From positions 42,470,001 through 42,534,000 of the forward strand of contig OY740797.1 in assembly GCA_963514005.1 (NCBI GenBank): a DNA stretch of 64,000 bases, in the 5' to 3' direction. Source of the DNA: Raja brachyura. Its lineage: Eukaryota. Under the pieces are notes generated by a model. It saw nothing but the letters and a program-made list of their open reading frames with translations. It made no database searches and was not told the origin of the DNA. The position numbers and the translations under genes are program-made. Positions 39,531 to 51,982 of the stretch are shown here, in pieces (position 1 is the stretch's first letter; each line of letters opens with the position of its first letter).

Positions 39531-40049
39531 AAGTCATGGATGTTGGATAACAATGCGCTGTAAAGTCTGAGCCTGGAATCTGGACCAGAATCAGGGCCTG
39601 GAGAAGGTCATGGTCTTGGGTATGGAGAATATAGTTGGATAGAGCAGAATCTAGTGTGGAAAACTGTAAACTTCTTGGAAAAGCGCTAATGGACTATTTA
39701 AATGCAGATGTGTTCTCACAGTGAACATTACACATGGAGAATTTTAAATGTTTGAGTCACAGTTAATATGTTTTGCTCAGCTGGTTAAATAAATCTTTGC
39801 ACAATGATAGATGGCAATTATTATTCTGCAATAACAATTCACAGTGGACTTATCAATAATCAACAGGAAATTAGTTCTTTCTAGACCTCTACACGATGCA
39901 GCCTTTTCTAATGACCACATCGTAAGAATTTGAAGCTGCTTGGCAGGAGGGAGCTTCAATCCTGGAGCAAATGGTTTGTTATTTGAAAGGAGTGTGGTGG
40001 CAGGACAGATGGTTAAACATAGAAGGAGATGGAGATGGGTTGAACTAGG

Positions 40050-40167
40050 CATAAAGTCATGTGATTGGAGTAGAATTAGGCCATTTGGCCCATCAAGTCT
40101 ACTCCCCCATTCAATCGTGGCTGATCTATCTCTCCTTCCTAACCCCATTCTCCTGCCTTCTCCCCGT
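40050..40167 (-). mobile_element. CR1/HER1 3' tail
   Basis: gtgattggagtagaattaggccatttggcccatcaagtctactcc...cctgccttctccccgta, homologous to 19308-19425. Confidence 0.85.
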
Positions 40168-40275
40168 AGTAGAATAGTGGCACATTTGTTGATGGGATGA
40201 ATGGACGAAGAATGTTTGCTGAAGATAACTGAGGTCATTGTGTAAAGATGAGGCTGAATGTCTGGAACCTGGAGA

Positions 40276-40538
40276 CCTGAAGAAGGGTCTCAACCCGAAA
40301 CGTTCCTACTCTCCAGAGATGCTGCCTTTCCCGCTGAGTTACTCCAGCATTGTGTGTCGACCCGCCTATTTGTCGCACCCCAACGTCTCTTTTACGGCTT
40401 TCTCCCACTACTACAAACAGTCTGAAGAAGGTTTCTGAACCAAAACATCACCTATCTCTGTCCTCCAGGAATGCTGCCTGACCCGCTGCATTTCTGCAAC
40501 ATTTTGTGTTTATAAAAAAAAAGCATCTGCAGTTCCTG
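40276..40538 (+). mobile_element. Two Penelope-like pseudo-LTR units in direct tandem
   Basis: ctgaagaagggtctcaacccgaaacgtt (40277-40304) and ctgaagaaggtttctgaaccaaaacatc (~40422-40449), each followed by a ...atgctgcct... block. Confidence 0.78.
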
Positions 40539-40904
40539 GAGCCCACGCTCTAGAATTTATCAGATGTCATGCTTGCAATACACCTGAAACCTGATCCAAA
40601 TTAGAGCTGTGCATGTCATCACACTGCTCAGGTGGTCTGGCAATGGAGTCTAGAATTAAATCAAGGACATGATAGAATCAAAGTGACTCCAAAATGCATG
40701 CTGCAGAACATCTCCCGTATGTTGTCTCATGGGCCTGCCACCACCCATTGATTCCCCATCAACCTCTAGCCACATCTCCAACCTCCTCCACCTATCCACA
40801 CTACCTCCAGCGGAACAGGAATATGAATGCCTACCCTTTCGGGGAATATTGATGACTAGGTCTCAGTATCAATCAACTCAATATCATGCCGTCTGCATTG
40901 AGCC

Positions 40905-41020
40905 AGAGTCGTACAGCACGGAAACAGGCCCTTTCAGCCCAACTTGTCCATGCTAGTTTCATTTGCCCACATTTGACCCATATTCTTCTAAACCTTTCCT
41001 ACCCACGCTCCTGTCCATGC
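40905..41020 (-). mobile_element. CR1/HER1 3' tail fragment
   Basis: agagtcgtacagcacggaaacaggccctttcagcccaacttgtccatgc...ctaaacctttcctaccc. Confidence 0.7.
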
Positions 41021-42084
41021 ACATTTATACAATTTGAGTCGGAATTGGCCCATATTTCTCTGGGTAATAACGATGGAAACGTTAGTGGTGTTAATTGTCA
41101 TTGTGCTGCAAAATTGACTGTGACTTTGGGATTTCCGTGCATGCCTGCTCCGATGTGGAAATGCAGACACTGCTGTCAGCAGTTCATCACTGGCTGTGTT
41201 CCAACTCCGGACTCAACACTGAGTTCACCAATTGAGTGAGAATTTGGGCTAATGGCCCACATCTTTGGAGAGAACTTGCCCCAAGATCCTGTACCATATT
41301 TTTGGAGGGAAAAGCAGTGTTTCCCAAATGATTTTATAGGAAGGGAACGGATGTGAGTAATTCATGTAATTAGAATGTTAATTTACAAAAAATATTTCTA
41401 TGGCTGGTAATTTAAAAATACCTTTATAACATCGTTCCAACCTTTTATATATTAAAAATCTACAATGTCTTGCTGTTTTAGATACCTTGGTTGGTTTTAA
41501 AAGTAATAATTAACAAATATATATTTTCTTCCTTTTCAAGTTTTAAAAGATTTTGAAAGTTTCTGAATGTTTATGAATGTCTTGGGAAAAGGGTTTGCAG
41601 TGTTTTAGAGAGATTAAACTATTCGGCATTTCTTGCCCAGCCTGGGAGCATGACTTAGACTTCATTTGGTTTCTTTCTTCTCATTTTATGGGCAGGGAAT
41701 AGCTCTGGCCAGTTCAGAGATGGATTTTATACATCTGTAGGAGTGATCAAATCAGCATGCAAGGTGTCGCAGTGGGAAAAAGTCCCAGCACACTCTCTAA
41801 ATCCAAGCTGGAAGAGACTCTGGAGTTAAATACAAATATTTAGCTGAGGTCGATGTGCAGTTCTGTCAACTCGCTGTTAGCTAAATCCCAGTCATGAATT
41901 AGCAAGTTAGACAGAAGGTACCTCACATGCCATGTTCACTTATAGAAAGCACTATGTCGCAGTTTCAAGTGATTTTATGATTAATCTGTACACTAATTAA
42001 TCACCTTTTATGACTACTTAGCAGCAGAAATAATAAAAACTACTGTTCCGGGCTGTAGTGAATCGTGGTTTTGTACAAAAATTG

Positions 42085-42445
42085 GCATGGGAGTGAGGTA
42101 GTAAGATGGTTAAGTTGTGAACAATTATCCAGGCCTTGACTATTGATTGACTGACATGAGCTTAAAACCCAACAAAGCATCTGGGGAATTTAAATCCAAG
42201 TAATTAAATAAATTTGGAATTAAAAAGCTAGTTTCAATGACCATGAAAATATATTGGATTGTCACTTAAAAAAACATCTGGTTCAATGATACCAGTCAGG
42301 GTGTGTCTGACTTCACTGGCTGAATACATCGCTTCAGTATGGTTGGCTCTCTGTCCATTGAAAAGCCCCAGCATCCACTTAATGCATAGATAAATAAGCA
42401 TGGCTAATAAATCCATGCCCATTAAGTGAACAAAAACATTACGAA
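42085..42445 (+). mobile_element. Old tRNA-derived SINE of a second family (CR1/L2-clade tail)
   Basis: ggggaatttaaatccaagtaattaaataaatttggaattaaaaagctag, shared with 56740-56795 and, reversed, with ~60830-60870. Confidence 0.6.
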
Positions 42446-43108
42446 AAAAATTAACAATGCAACAGAAACACTAAACATTTTCATGCCTTAAGTAATAATA
42501 TGATGCAATAATAGGACCAGAGTGTGTTTTAAATTTGTTTTCTGTGCTAATAAATGCAATAAATAAATTTGGTTATTTAGATATGAGCTGCGGCATTACC
42601 TACCACTGAATCCTTACGAATATCATCCCAAGATTAATTACTCAAAGCCACACAAAGCAGTTTGGTTTGCTGCACTTTTCCCTTCATATTTTTTTAAATC
42701 TCGCCACATCTCACCGTCATTCCCGACCAACAATCTCTTGGGTGATGTTTTCAGATAATATACAGAGAATCGTAAGCTGGCTGAGGAAGGAATCATAGTT
42801 GCAAATCCTTAACCTACCGCTTTGCTGTGCTCTACTCTGGTACATGAGCCAGTCCTGTAATTAACCCATTTTCTGAAAGAACATTTGCTTAATTAAAAAA
42901 CAAAATCTGCTCAGTCATGGAACTAATTGTTTTAACTCTTCCCTTGAGGGAGCCTAAAAATAATTTAACCTAAATTCCCTTTTAACGTTCAGTATATCTT
43001 GAAGGGGTTTCATGATTTTGGGAGTAAATAATAATATTCTCTGAAATTGGGAAGTATTTATTCACTATTTGGTTCTGTTTTTATTCGCCTTTTTCCTGAT
43101 TATTTTAG

Positions 43109-43994
43109 TAGCAATGTTACAAAATGTTGAGATTTTAAAAATCAAGTCTGCAATTTATCCCATCAGATAAAGCATAAAAAGAAGTTTAATTTGACACCTA
43201 ATTCACTTTCATATCTTCAGTATTAAGAAAGCTATGGCCATTTTCATGCTCGGAAATTAGCATCTTGTTCCCCATTGCCTTTCAATTGATTTAACTCAAA
43301 AGCTGTGATCTGGATCAGTTAAAAGCCCATAACTTTCTTAAAAATTAATAGAACTCAATGAAAATTTCACTTATGATAGATTGAAGCATTCTGAAATAAA
43401 TATGAAACAATCTTACTTGGATGACCTGAAATTAAAGCGTATAATTAGTTAGTTATCTAATTGTAGCTAATTACAAAATTCAATGAGTAGATCTAAACAT
43501 CTATCCATTTCTTAAGAAAAGATAAACTTTTTTTTAATTGCCTATGTGTCCAAATAACATTCACACAATAATCCACAATATAACATAATTTTAAAATCTA
43601 ATTTCCATAAATTTCTGGACCAAATGGAAGGAATTTAGTGTTTAATGCCTGTAAATTAATGGCCATTTAAATCAACTAGCGAGTGGGTTTTAGTGGAATG
43701 CGGTGAATTGGAACGTTGCAAAATCCTTCCGGTTGTCGGTTCTCACGGCTTTTGAAGGTGATTTTTAAATTACTCTAGTTAATAAATAATTTAGAGTAAT
43801 TTAAAAATACCTTCATTCATGAAATGTCGGAGCGATTTTTCTTCCGCAACGAAATCGCCCGACATTCATCGATTTTTCCTGCCTGTGGAAAAATGGCACT
43901 TTAAGCCCGCCCTCCTCTGAAAGGCGCCAAAGTCACGCACACGGGGAGCGGCAGAACTGCAGCACTGGTCAAGGTAAGTTTTGTAACATACCTA
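43109..43994. mobile_element. Non-autonomous DNA transposon (hAT-like), 886 bp
   Basis: 16-bp TIRs TAGCAATGTTACAAAA and TTTTGTAACATACCTA (2 mismatches). ATTTTAG is duplicated at 43102-43108 and 43995-44001 (8 bp if T43109 is counted). No ORF. Confidence 0.8.
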
Positions 43995-45719
43995 ATTTTA
44001 GTGTTCGCAAAAAATTAGGTATAATCACTTTATTAAAAAAATCTTCAAACGATGCATCAATTTTGTACAACTAGACAACAATTGGTAATAATGAAACAGA
44101 CGAGTTCAGATTTAACCGTAAATATTTATTTACCACAATTTTCCATTTTGTTTTGTTTAATCTCGAACTTTTGGTCCATTTCTGTTTACGCTTTGACTCT
44201 TTCAGACACTTTCACTACCTGTATGCCATCATCCCCAAAGATCCTATGAACAGATGTGATTACTTGGTAGTTGACAAAGAGCATTTTGAAGACCATGTGC
44301 AGCGTCTCAAAATTAATGAATGCAAATATAAATTCTGCCTGGTTAACATTTACTACTGGCATAGACTTTTATTGGTAAGAAAAAGACTACTTCCCAGCTA
44401 GGAGGTGTTTTTTATTCTATCAGTTAAAACTGAGTCATTCTAGGCTTAATAACAAAGAACAGCATGCTTATCCTCTTAACTTACCATAAAACAAATAAAC
44501 TTTCCTTTAAAAATAGCCAAGAAATTCTGGGTTGCTTTAGATGGTGGCGGAGTAGTGCATTGGCAGCTTTTTTGGCTGTAGGCTTTCTGCTGAAGGTTTC
44601 TACAGATCTCCGGTCCAAGGCTGCTGCTGTGATTAAAAGTGCTTTGCGTATTTCACTTGGTGAAACTGTTCCTGCTGGGATAGAGGGCAGGTCAGAGACG
44701 GAGGTATCAATGGCCATATGAACCTGATGGTTCAGGTGCCTCTTGGATTTGTGAAAGGAGCTGTGGTGTAGTGGACAAAAGTGCCTTCGATATCATGGAC
44801 CTTGAAATCAGGGTTTGGGAATATAATTCGTGATCAGGTGCAAAACTGAAGTATTGAGAACATATCCGGCCCAATGGTAGAGTGTTTGGCGGTTTGGAGC
44901 AGGATTCACTTTTGGGAAACCGATTGGAGGTCAGATACATGATTGGAAAGTTGGGAGTGCGATTGGGGGGTCCAAGGCCAGATTAGTTGTTGGGAAGATT
45001 AGCGGATGAGGATAAGGTTTTGTGTTCTTGGGGGGAATTATTATGACTGGGTTTGGAAGTTGATCAGTAAGTCTGGAGTAAGATCAGCATTCAGGAGCGA
45101 GTGAGAATTTAGTTTGGGAGGATGCTGTAACTGGGGACATTGGGACCTGGTTAGAGGTTTGGAAGTGAGAAGGAATAGTGATTGGGTCTCCAATAATGGG
45201 AGGTTTGTCACTCTTGGGACAACTTTGTCTAGTCTGCTCAGGGAGTGATGCCATCCTACTTCAAATATTGACATAGTTATGATATTTTATGTCAATCGTG
45301 CAGGCGATGATGTGAAAGCCATTTTACATATTTTATATATAACACCCCTTCCTTAAGGTGCGTATTTTGGATAAATGCTTGTCGATGATATTCTGTCTCC
45401 TCTTTATAGTTATACAAACAGTTGAACAAAGTTTGAGATTGGCTAAAGTCTTCTTGGTATGATCTGCTACTTGCAATTTCTGTCCACCATCACCAGTTCT
45501 TACTAACTAGTTAAGATGCAGAGGACTTACTCTGCTGATGTCAATTGACCCAAGCTCCATCAGTGTGGCCTGTGCAACTACCAGTGTAATGGTGTACTGG
45601 AGAGTCATTCAGTGCGGTGATGTCTTGAGGTGCGGTTAAAGTAGCTGGTATTTACATCACTGAAAACCCAACATGGCAGCAGGAATCACAAACGCACTAG
45701 AAAATACCATCCATGGTGT

Positions 45720-46090
45720 CGTTGGCCCAATTCATCCATGCCGACCCACAAGTCCTATCTAGGGTCCACATGCCACATTTGCTTGTGTCCCTCAAAACCT
45801 TTCTGATCCATGTACCTGTCCAAGTGTTCTTTAAATGCTGTTACAGTACCTGCCTCAACTACCTCATGCGGCAGCTCGTTCCATTCAGCCACTCAGATTC
45901 CTATTAAATCTTTCCTCTTTCACCTTAAACCTCCATCCTCTGGTTCTTGACACCCCCTCCACTGGGAAGAAAACTATTCATTCACCTTATTTATTTCCTT
46001 CATGAATTTATACATTTCAATAGGATCACCCCTCACCCTCCTGCGCTGCAGGGAATAATGCCCACACCTGCCTAACCTCTCCCTAAAGCT
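45720..46090 (-). mobile_element. CR1/HER1 LINE 3' fragment
   Basis: Minus-strand FRERLGRCGHYSLQRRRVRGDPIEMYKFMK plus 3' UTR. Confidence 0.8.
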
Positions 46091-47034
46091 CTGAATGCAG
46101 AAACCTTTAAGCACTATTAAAAGTGAAGTAAGTTGTTTCAAATAAAATTTCATAATAATCGAATTGAAACATTTAAAATGATAAAAAAAAGTTAAAATAT
46201 TTATAAAACAATTTGTTTGAAAGGAACGCTCGCCCTGTTTCTCCACTGTTGCTTCTCTTTTCTCCAGAGATGTGCAATCCATGGTTTGCCGATCCCAAAC
46301 CAGGTTTTGGTCGATACAGGGTCTGAAAACTGATTCAACATTCAGAAACGTTGGCATTTACCAGTCAAATCCAAGCAAACATTCACAGTAAAGGAGCAAA
46401 ATTAAGGTAATTAGTGAAGCTGGTATGTAGTTCGAGATGGAGAACATGTGTATTTCTGCAACTGAGAGATGTAAAATGGTCCCTTTTGTGGAAAAGTGCA
46501 ACAACATTGTGATTAGTTTACTTAGGGAATTACTATTATATGTGAAGCTAGGAATTTATAACAGAGGATGTAATCCTGATGTTCAAGAAAAGCATGAGAA
46601 CGGAAAGTAATGTTTGTAGACAGGAGAGTAATTGCTAAATTAATTTTTAATACATTAAATACAATAGACTCCAGAGAGTGACTGAACAGCACCAAACTCA
46701 GTGAAAAGTTTAAATGATGTCACAAATGTTTTGATCACTTTAATTTCCCTTTGGAAAACGTGTACAAATACAAATAAATTATTATTAAAAAAATAATAAT
46801 AATTAAAGGGAGATCATTTTTTTTCCAATGAACGATAGCAAGTAGCTCTTTTCCAAACCTTTCTGCAGTAGAATGGTCTGCTGGTACATTGTACATAATT
46901 ATTAACAATTATGCATAATTGCTCTAGTTAAATGAAAAATAATCAGCTATTGCTGGCCAAGAAATATTCGGTTCCGATCACTTTTTATTCTCATATCATT
47001 ACGCAATTCCCTTTTCATTTCTCAAGATGTCACA

Positions 47035-47356
47035 AAAGGCCATTCCACCCATCATGTAAATGCTAACTCACAGAGCAATGCCATTCACCAATATTTTTTT
47101 ATTGTATCCTTTTCTCTTCCCATTCCCATTAACCCCTTCCCTTGATTTGACCGGACACGTCTGTACTCGAGGCAATTTAGAGGGGAAAATGGACCTATCA
47201 ACCCACAGTTTTGGATGTGAGTGGTTACCAGAGCAGCCATAGGAAACCTATACAGTCACATCGAGAACATGTGAACCCCACACAGACAGCAGCGTAGGTT
47301 AAATTTGAACCTGGGTCCTGGCATAGTGAGACAGCAGCTGTGTCACTGTGCCACCT
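47035..47356 (-). mobile_element. Degraded HE1-like V-SINE
   Basis: ttttggatgtgagtggttaccagagcagccataggaaacc...cacacagacagc...gaacctgggtc...cactgtgccacc. Confidence 0.7.
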
Positions 47357-47527
47357 CTGTTATTTTATATATCTACGTCTGTGCTATCTTCCCAGATACC
47401 ACTTTGCTCTTTATATTTGCTGGCCTGCTCATCCTGTGGCATGCTATATATTTTAGAACTAAGTCATAATGTTCATCAATATGTAGTATATGAATTATAA
47501 GAAACATACACACACATTATAATTCAT

Positions 47528-47682
47528 TGAGAAAAGGAATGGGTGAAGTTTCAGCCTAGGGTCTCGACCCCAAACGTTACCTATTCCTTTTCTCCAGAGA
47601 TGCTGTTTGACCCACTGAGTTACTCCAGCTTTTTGTGTTTATCTTCGATTTAAACCGCCAACTGCAGTTCTTTTCCTGCACA
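47528..47682 (+). mobile_element. Penelope-like pseudo-LTR with a short inverted 5' piece
   Basis: gagaaaaggaatgggtgaagtttc is inverted against gggtctcgaccccaaacgttacctattccttttctccagagatgctg...ctgcagttc. Confidence 0.8.
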
Positions 47683-49409
47683 TTATTATATTTTATGTTG
47701 TTTCCTGTATTGGGCTTTCTGAATGACAAATTCCCTCCAATGTTGAAATTAAGTAAATCCATAGAAAGTAGTTCATCACTTTAGCCAGCAGTTCCTGCTA
47801 TTAACACACTTGTTAAATCACTATCACCATACACAACACCTCTGCATGGTGGCATGATTGATGGCACAAAAGTGACCTATTTGACCATTTTCCAGGAAGC
47901 TCTCACCTGCCTTCTCTAATCAAGTTGTATCAAGTCTAGAAATATTTTGAGCATGTACTATAGTCAATTGATCAACAGCCCCATTGCCTGAAGCAATGCT
48001 TGGATATAGTTCAAGCTCATTATTCCCATAATTTCAGATCTTGTACAAAATAAAGGCAGTTCCAACAGCTTTGGCTGATAGATTGATCAGCGATGTAATT
48101 TAAAGTTTCAGACTTTGTGTTCCCACTGCAGGTCAAAGGAACCCGGTTGTAAATAATTGCTGGGATAACCCTTAATTCTTTAAGTGGTCATTTGAGGCGT
48201 GACCGACCGGTGAGGCTACAGCTGTAATATAAAAAGCAAAGGCATTGAATCATAAACTTGGAATATTCTTAATCTGAGATTTTTATGCCTTTCTTTGGTT
48301 TATCTTAACAATGAAAAATGCAAACAAACAAATTGGGTTGAGTGAAAACTTAGAAACAGGTTACGACTGAATTGCAGGTTTGGTTCAGTTTATGTTTTTA
48401 GATGGGATGTTAAACTTCTATAGTCTTATTCACATGGGGATAATTAATTATGCTGATCTCATTTACATATTCTTAACATTTAAAAATAAATTCTTAGAAC
48501 AAGTAAATGTTTTTTTTAATTAAATATCCTCAATGCTTGAATTATTTCATGGGCAGAATTAGCTATGCTCTCTCTAAAACACTCTAGTTTTAAAACCGTT
48601 TTTACATTCAGGTGGGGCTTGTTTGCTCAGCCATGGTATAACTGATTTAATAAGTTTTTAATGTAATATAAAAGTGGTGATGTAAAGTCCATCACATTTT
48701 AATAGCTGATATGAAAACCTTTAATTAACTAAAGTTGACAAATTCTGCCTTTAGTTATCACCTTCTGGCATCCAACAGAATCTGTTTAAAATTCTGTAAA
48801 TTCAATTCACTAAAAATGCACAATACTAGTAATATTATGAATGAGCTAAGATGCTAATTTTCACAATTGTGCAGCACATTCTCCTTACAATATTGATATA
48901 AGATATATGCTTTTGATTGCTTCAGGTTCCTTTCCACTCTCTCCAAAGAGATTGCTTTACATAGGTTGTGTACTCAACATTGAATTGGTCTGCAAAAATA
49001 TTTTGCTGATTTTGCAATTTATTTCTGCACTTTCAGCTAGATATATGATTAATAGGGAATATCATGTACAGTGCACCATCTCCCTATAATGTCTTAAGGA
49101 GCCAAACAAGATAGTGTTCTGCTGAAATGTGTATAATAATTAGATCCTTTAGCAACAATGTACATCTTCGTGCATAAACCACTGGAAACAAATTTCAGTA
49201 AATTTTACTTCTATTTTAATATTTTGTAACATTTATTGTCCATATCACATTTTTCACTCTCAAGCAATTTATTTGATCATATTTGTTAATACAATGATAC
49301 TGATGCATATATGTTGTGCTAATATCTATTCAACTGACTGAATAGATTATTTCTTTTAAATGCAAGTTTAAATGTTATAAAGAACGTCAAATAATTAAAA
49401 TTAAAATAC

Positions 49410-49560
49410 TGCAGTTTGTAGAAGTCTGAAATGAAGGCGGAAAACATTGGAGCCAGTTTACACAACAGGGATCTGTGACGTGAGAAAGATAGATTTAATA
49501 TTTCACACCGAAGATCTTCAGACAGAAACATCAAACTAACTTTCTGCCTGCACAGATGCT
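49410..49560 (-). mobile_element. Highly degraded Penelope-like terminal fragment
   Basis: aaatactgcag...gaagatcttcaga...cacagatgctt is a weak match to the family. Confidence 0.35.
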
Positions 49561-51588
49561 TATGACTTGCTTGATGCTCCTGGAACAGTGTCTTTTTTAA
49601 CTTATTGAAATCGTTTCTATTTTAAAGGACTATGGATGTTAGCATTTTAACATAAAGTGGTCTTTTCATAGAAGTAGGTGATATAGATCACAGTACCACA
49701 CTATTCACATTGATCTGATTACTTGTTTTTCTCAGATTGCAGGCACCTCTGTTGGCACAATCACATTTATTTCAGCTTTGATTATTGACTGCTGTGCTGA
49801 TGTACATGAAGGAGACAGAGTGAGGCTAGTATGTCAGCATAGGTAAGGTTATATTGCTGGGGGATATCTTAGTGGGGTGTTACCCATGGTCATTAATGCT
49901 AAATGGGTTCGATTATCAGACACGTTGTGACATACCTCTCTTCACATTCCACTCTTTAATTTCTGTGGCTAGTTTTGCACCACCCGAACAGAGACACTTT
50001 CTGGATTCTTCACACATGAGCCAAGATTTTCTGTTTTGTGCCTGCTCATTCATCTAAGTGTAAATTACTCTGAATTGGCATTAAGAGTCGTTATCGCCCC
50101 AAATTTCTGCTCAGATTCCTTTGTGCATCTTTAAATGTAAAAATCATCTGTGCAACCTGCAGCATTTTAAAGGAGTGTATAAACATATTTTTCTTGTTAT
50201 GAGTGCTAGTGGATGCTCTTTTACTAATACAGTGTCTTAAAATAAAATCCTATCTACTGCTGCTGTATCATAACTTTGTATAACTGAAAATAATTTTCAG
50301 GAACTATCATGAATGAATTAGTTCCTGCATCAATGTACAATTGTGAAGCACTTGTCAAATATTTAAAATAGCAAAGGTTTTTATACAGGCCTATTGGTAT
50401 CCATGTAGCTAAACAAAAAGCTTGATTTTAAAAGTCTAGTGAAGCTGCAAAAGGATCCACAATTAGCAGGAATATGAATGGTGCCTGATTTTATTTTGGA
50501 TGTTGCCAACTTTGCCAAATTTCAGTGCAGGTTTTATAAACTAATGGACAAAATCAATTTAGACTTGACATGGCTCGTTCTGTTTGATCAGCTTCTGCTG
50601 AATTGTGCGGAAGCAGTCCCGGGTAGAAACAATAAAACATTGTGTTTTCATAAATCCAAATACTCCTATAGTGGTCAGTTGTAAAATATTTATTTGTCAT
50701 ATGAATATAATCACAATTTTAAATCCGTAATGAGAAAAATAAGTGTAGTGCACCCAGATAGAAAGTATGCAGGAACAGATTATGCTCCTAGCTATTCACA
50801 TTATACAATGCAAAAAATTAGTGAATGATGTATTGATCAGGTAGCAAACAAAGTCCTGCAACACTCCATCTTCTGCCAATTACAGACCAATATCGAAGAG
50901 TGGGGTCAGTCTACAAGGGTGTTTGGAAGTTCTAATCATTGACAATTCACTGTGAATCTGCTATTTTTATTATTTGAAAGTAAATGAACACAATAAAAAC
51001 TTACTTGGAAGTTAAAAGAGGCTTAGAATTCATCATTGATTTCTACGAATCATTAAAACTTTGTGCACAACATGTGTGAAGCTGTTTCAATCTATTGATT
51101 TTCCCACTCCTTCTCGCTCAGTCCTAATTACTGGTCTGCTTACAAAAATCTATTAATTGCTGATCACAATATACACTTAATTATTCTTTTTACTGCTACA
51201 GTAGGTGACAAATGTGTGGCGGACAGGGAAGCTTGATACAATTTAGCAAAGAATCAACTAATTCACTTTCTCAAGCTCATTTGCTTTATGCATTCTCAAT
51301 GAAGGGCTACTGTTGCAAAGACTTGTACTTCACGACATGGCACCAGGCTCATGTTATTGTATCTTCCTTATCTTGTTCATTGCTCACTAACTGTTCTTAC
51401 TGGCCATGTAAACGCTGAGTACCAAACTACACCTTTAAATCACACAAAATCGGCAGATATATTTGACCTGGAAACATGTCTGTGGTTATGGGGCTTTTGT
51501 TAACTTTTACTTTTTAATTAGTGAAGTTCTTTTCATTAGCGCAGTTCGCTGAAAGTATGCAGAAGCACAGGCAGCCTATTGCAACGGC

Positions 51589-51982
51589 ATCACGGTGGAC
51601 CACTAATACTCATCGGTTTTCAAATTCCTCCATGGTATTTTCTCTTCCTTCCATTGTAATCTCCTTTAGCTGCATTAATTTACCTGATATCGTCACTCCT
51701 TTAATTATAATCCCTTCATCGTTCCCTGATTTAATTGTTTCACCGTTGAATATCACAGCTCCAGTTGTCAAGATCATAAGGTCAGAATTTCCTGCTAAAT
51801 CTTTATGCCTTCTTACCTTTCCTCTCTCCTACGGGGTGCTCCTCAAAGCAATATCTCTCGGACCAAACCTTTCATCATTTGTCCAGATATTATGTGGCTT
51901 GTGTCAGTTTTTATTTGATAGCAGTCCGGCGAAGTGCCTTGGAATGATTTGCAGCGTTAATAGCACCGTATACAGGCAGTCT
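51589..51982 (+). mobile_element. Ancient L2 LINE 3' end
   Basis: ttttcaaattcctccatgg...ctcctcaaagcaatatctctcggaccaa...ttatgtggcttgtgtcag...gaagtgccttgg...cgttaatagcaccgtata follows the L2 ORF2 end and 3' UTR layout. Explains the 178-aa ORF at 51521-52057. Confidence 0.65.

Noticed and set aside
42095-42150. TGAGGTAGTAAGATGGTTAAGTT resembles let-7/miR-98
   Set aside because: Only the first ~12 nt match, there is no complementary star arm downstream, and it lies at the head of a degraded SINE.
46906-46921. Perfect 16-bp palindrome CAATTATGCATAATTG (POU-like)
   Set aside because: An AT-rich palindrome of this length is expected by chance in 64 kb of AT-rich DNA, and there is no other support.
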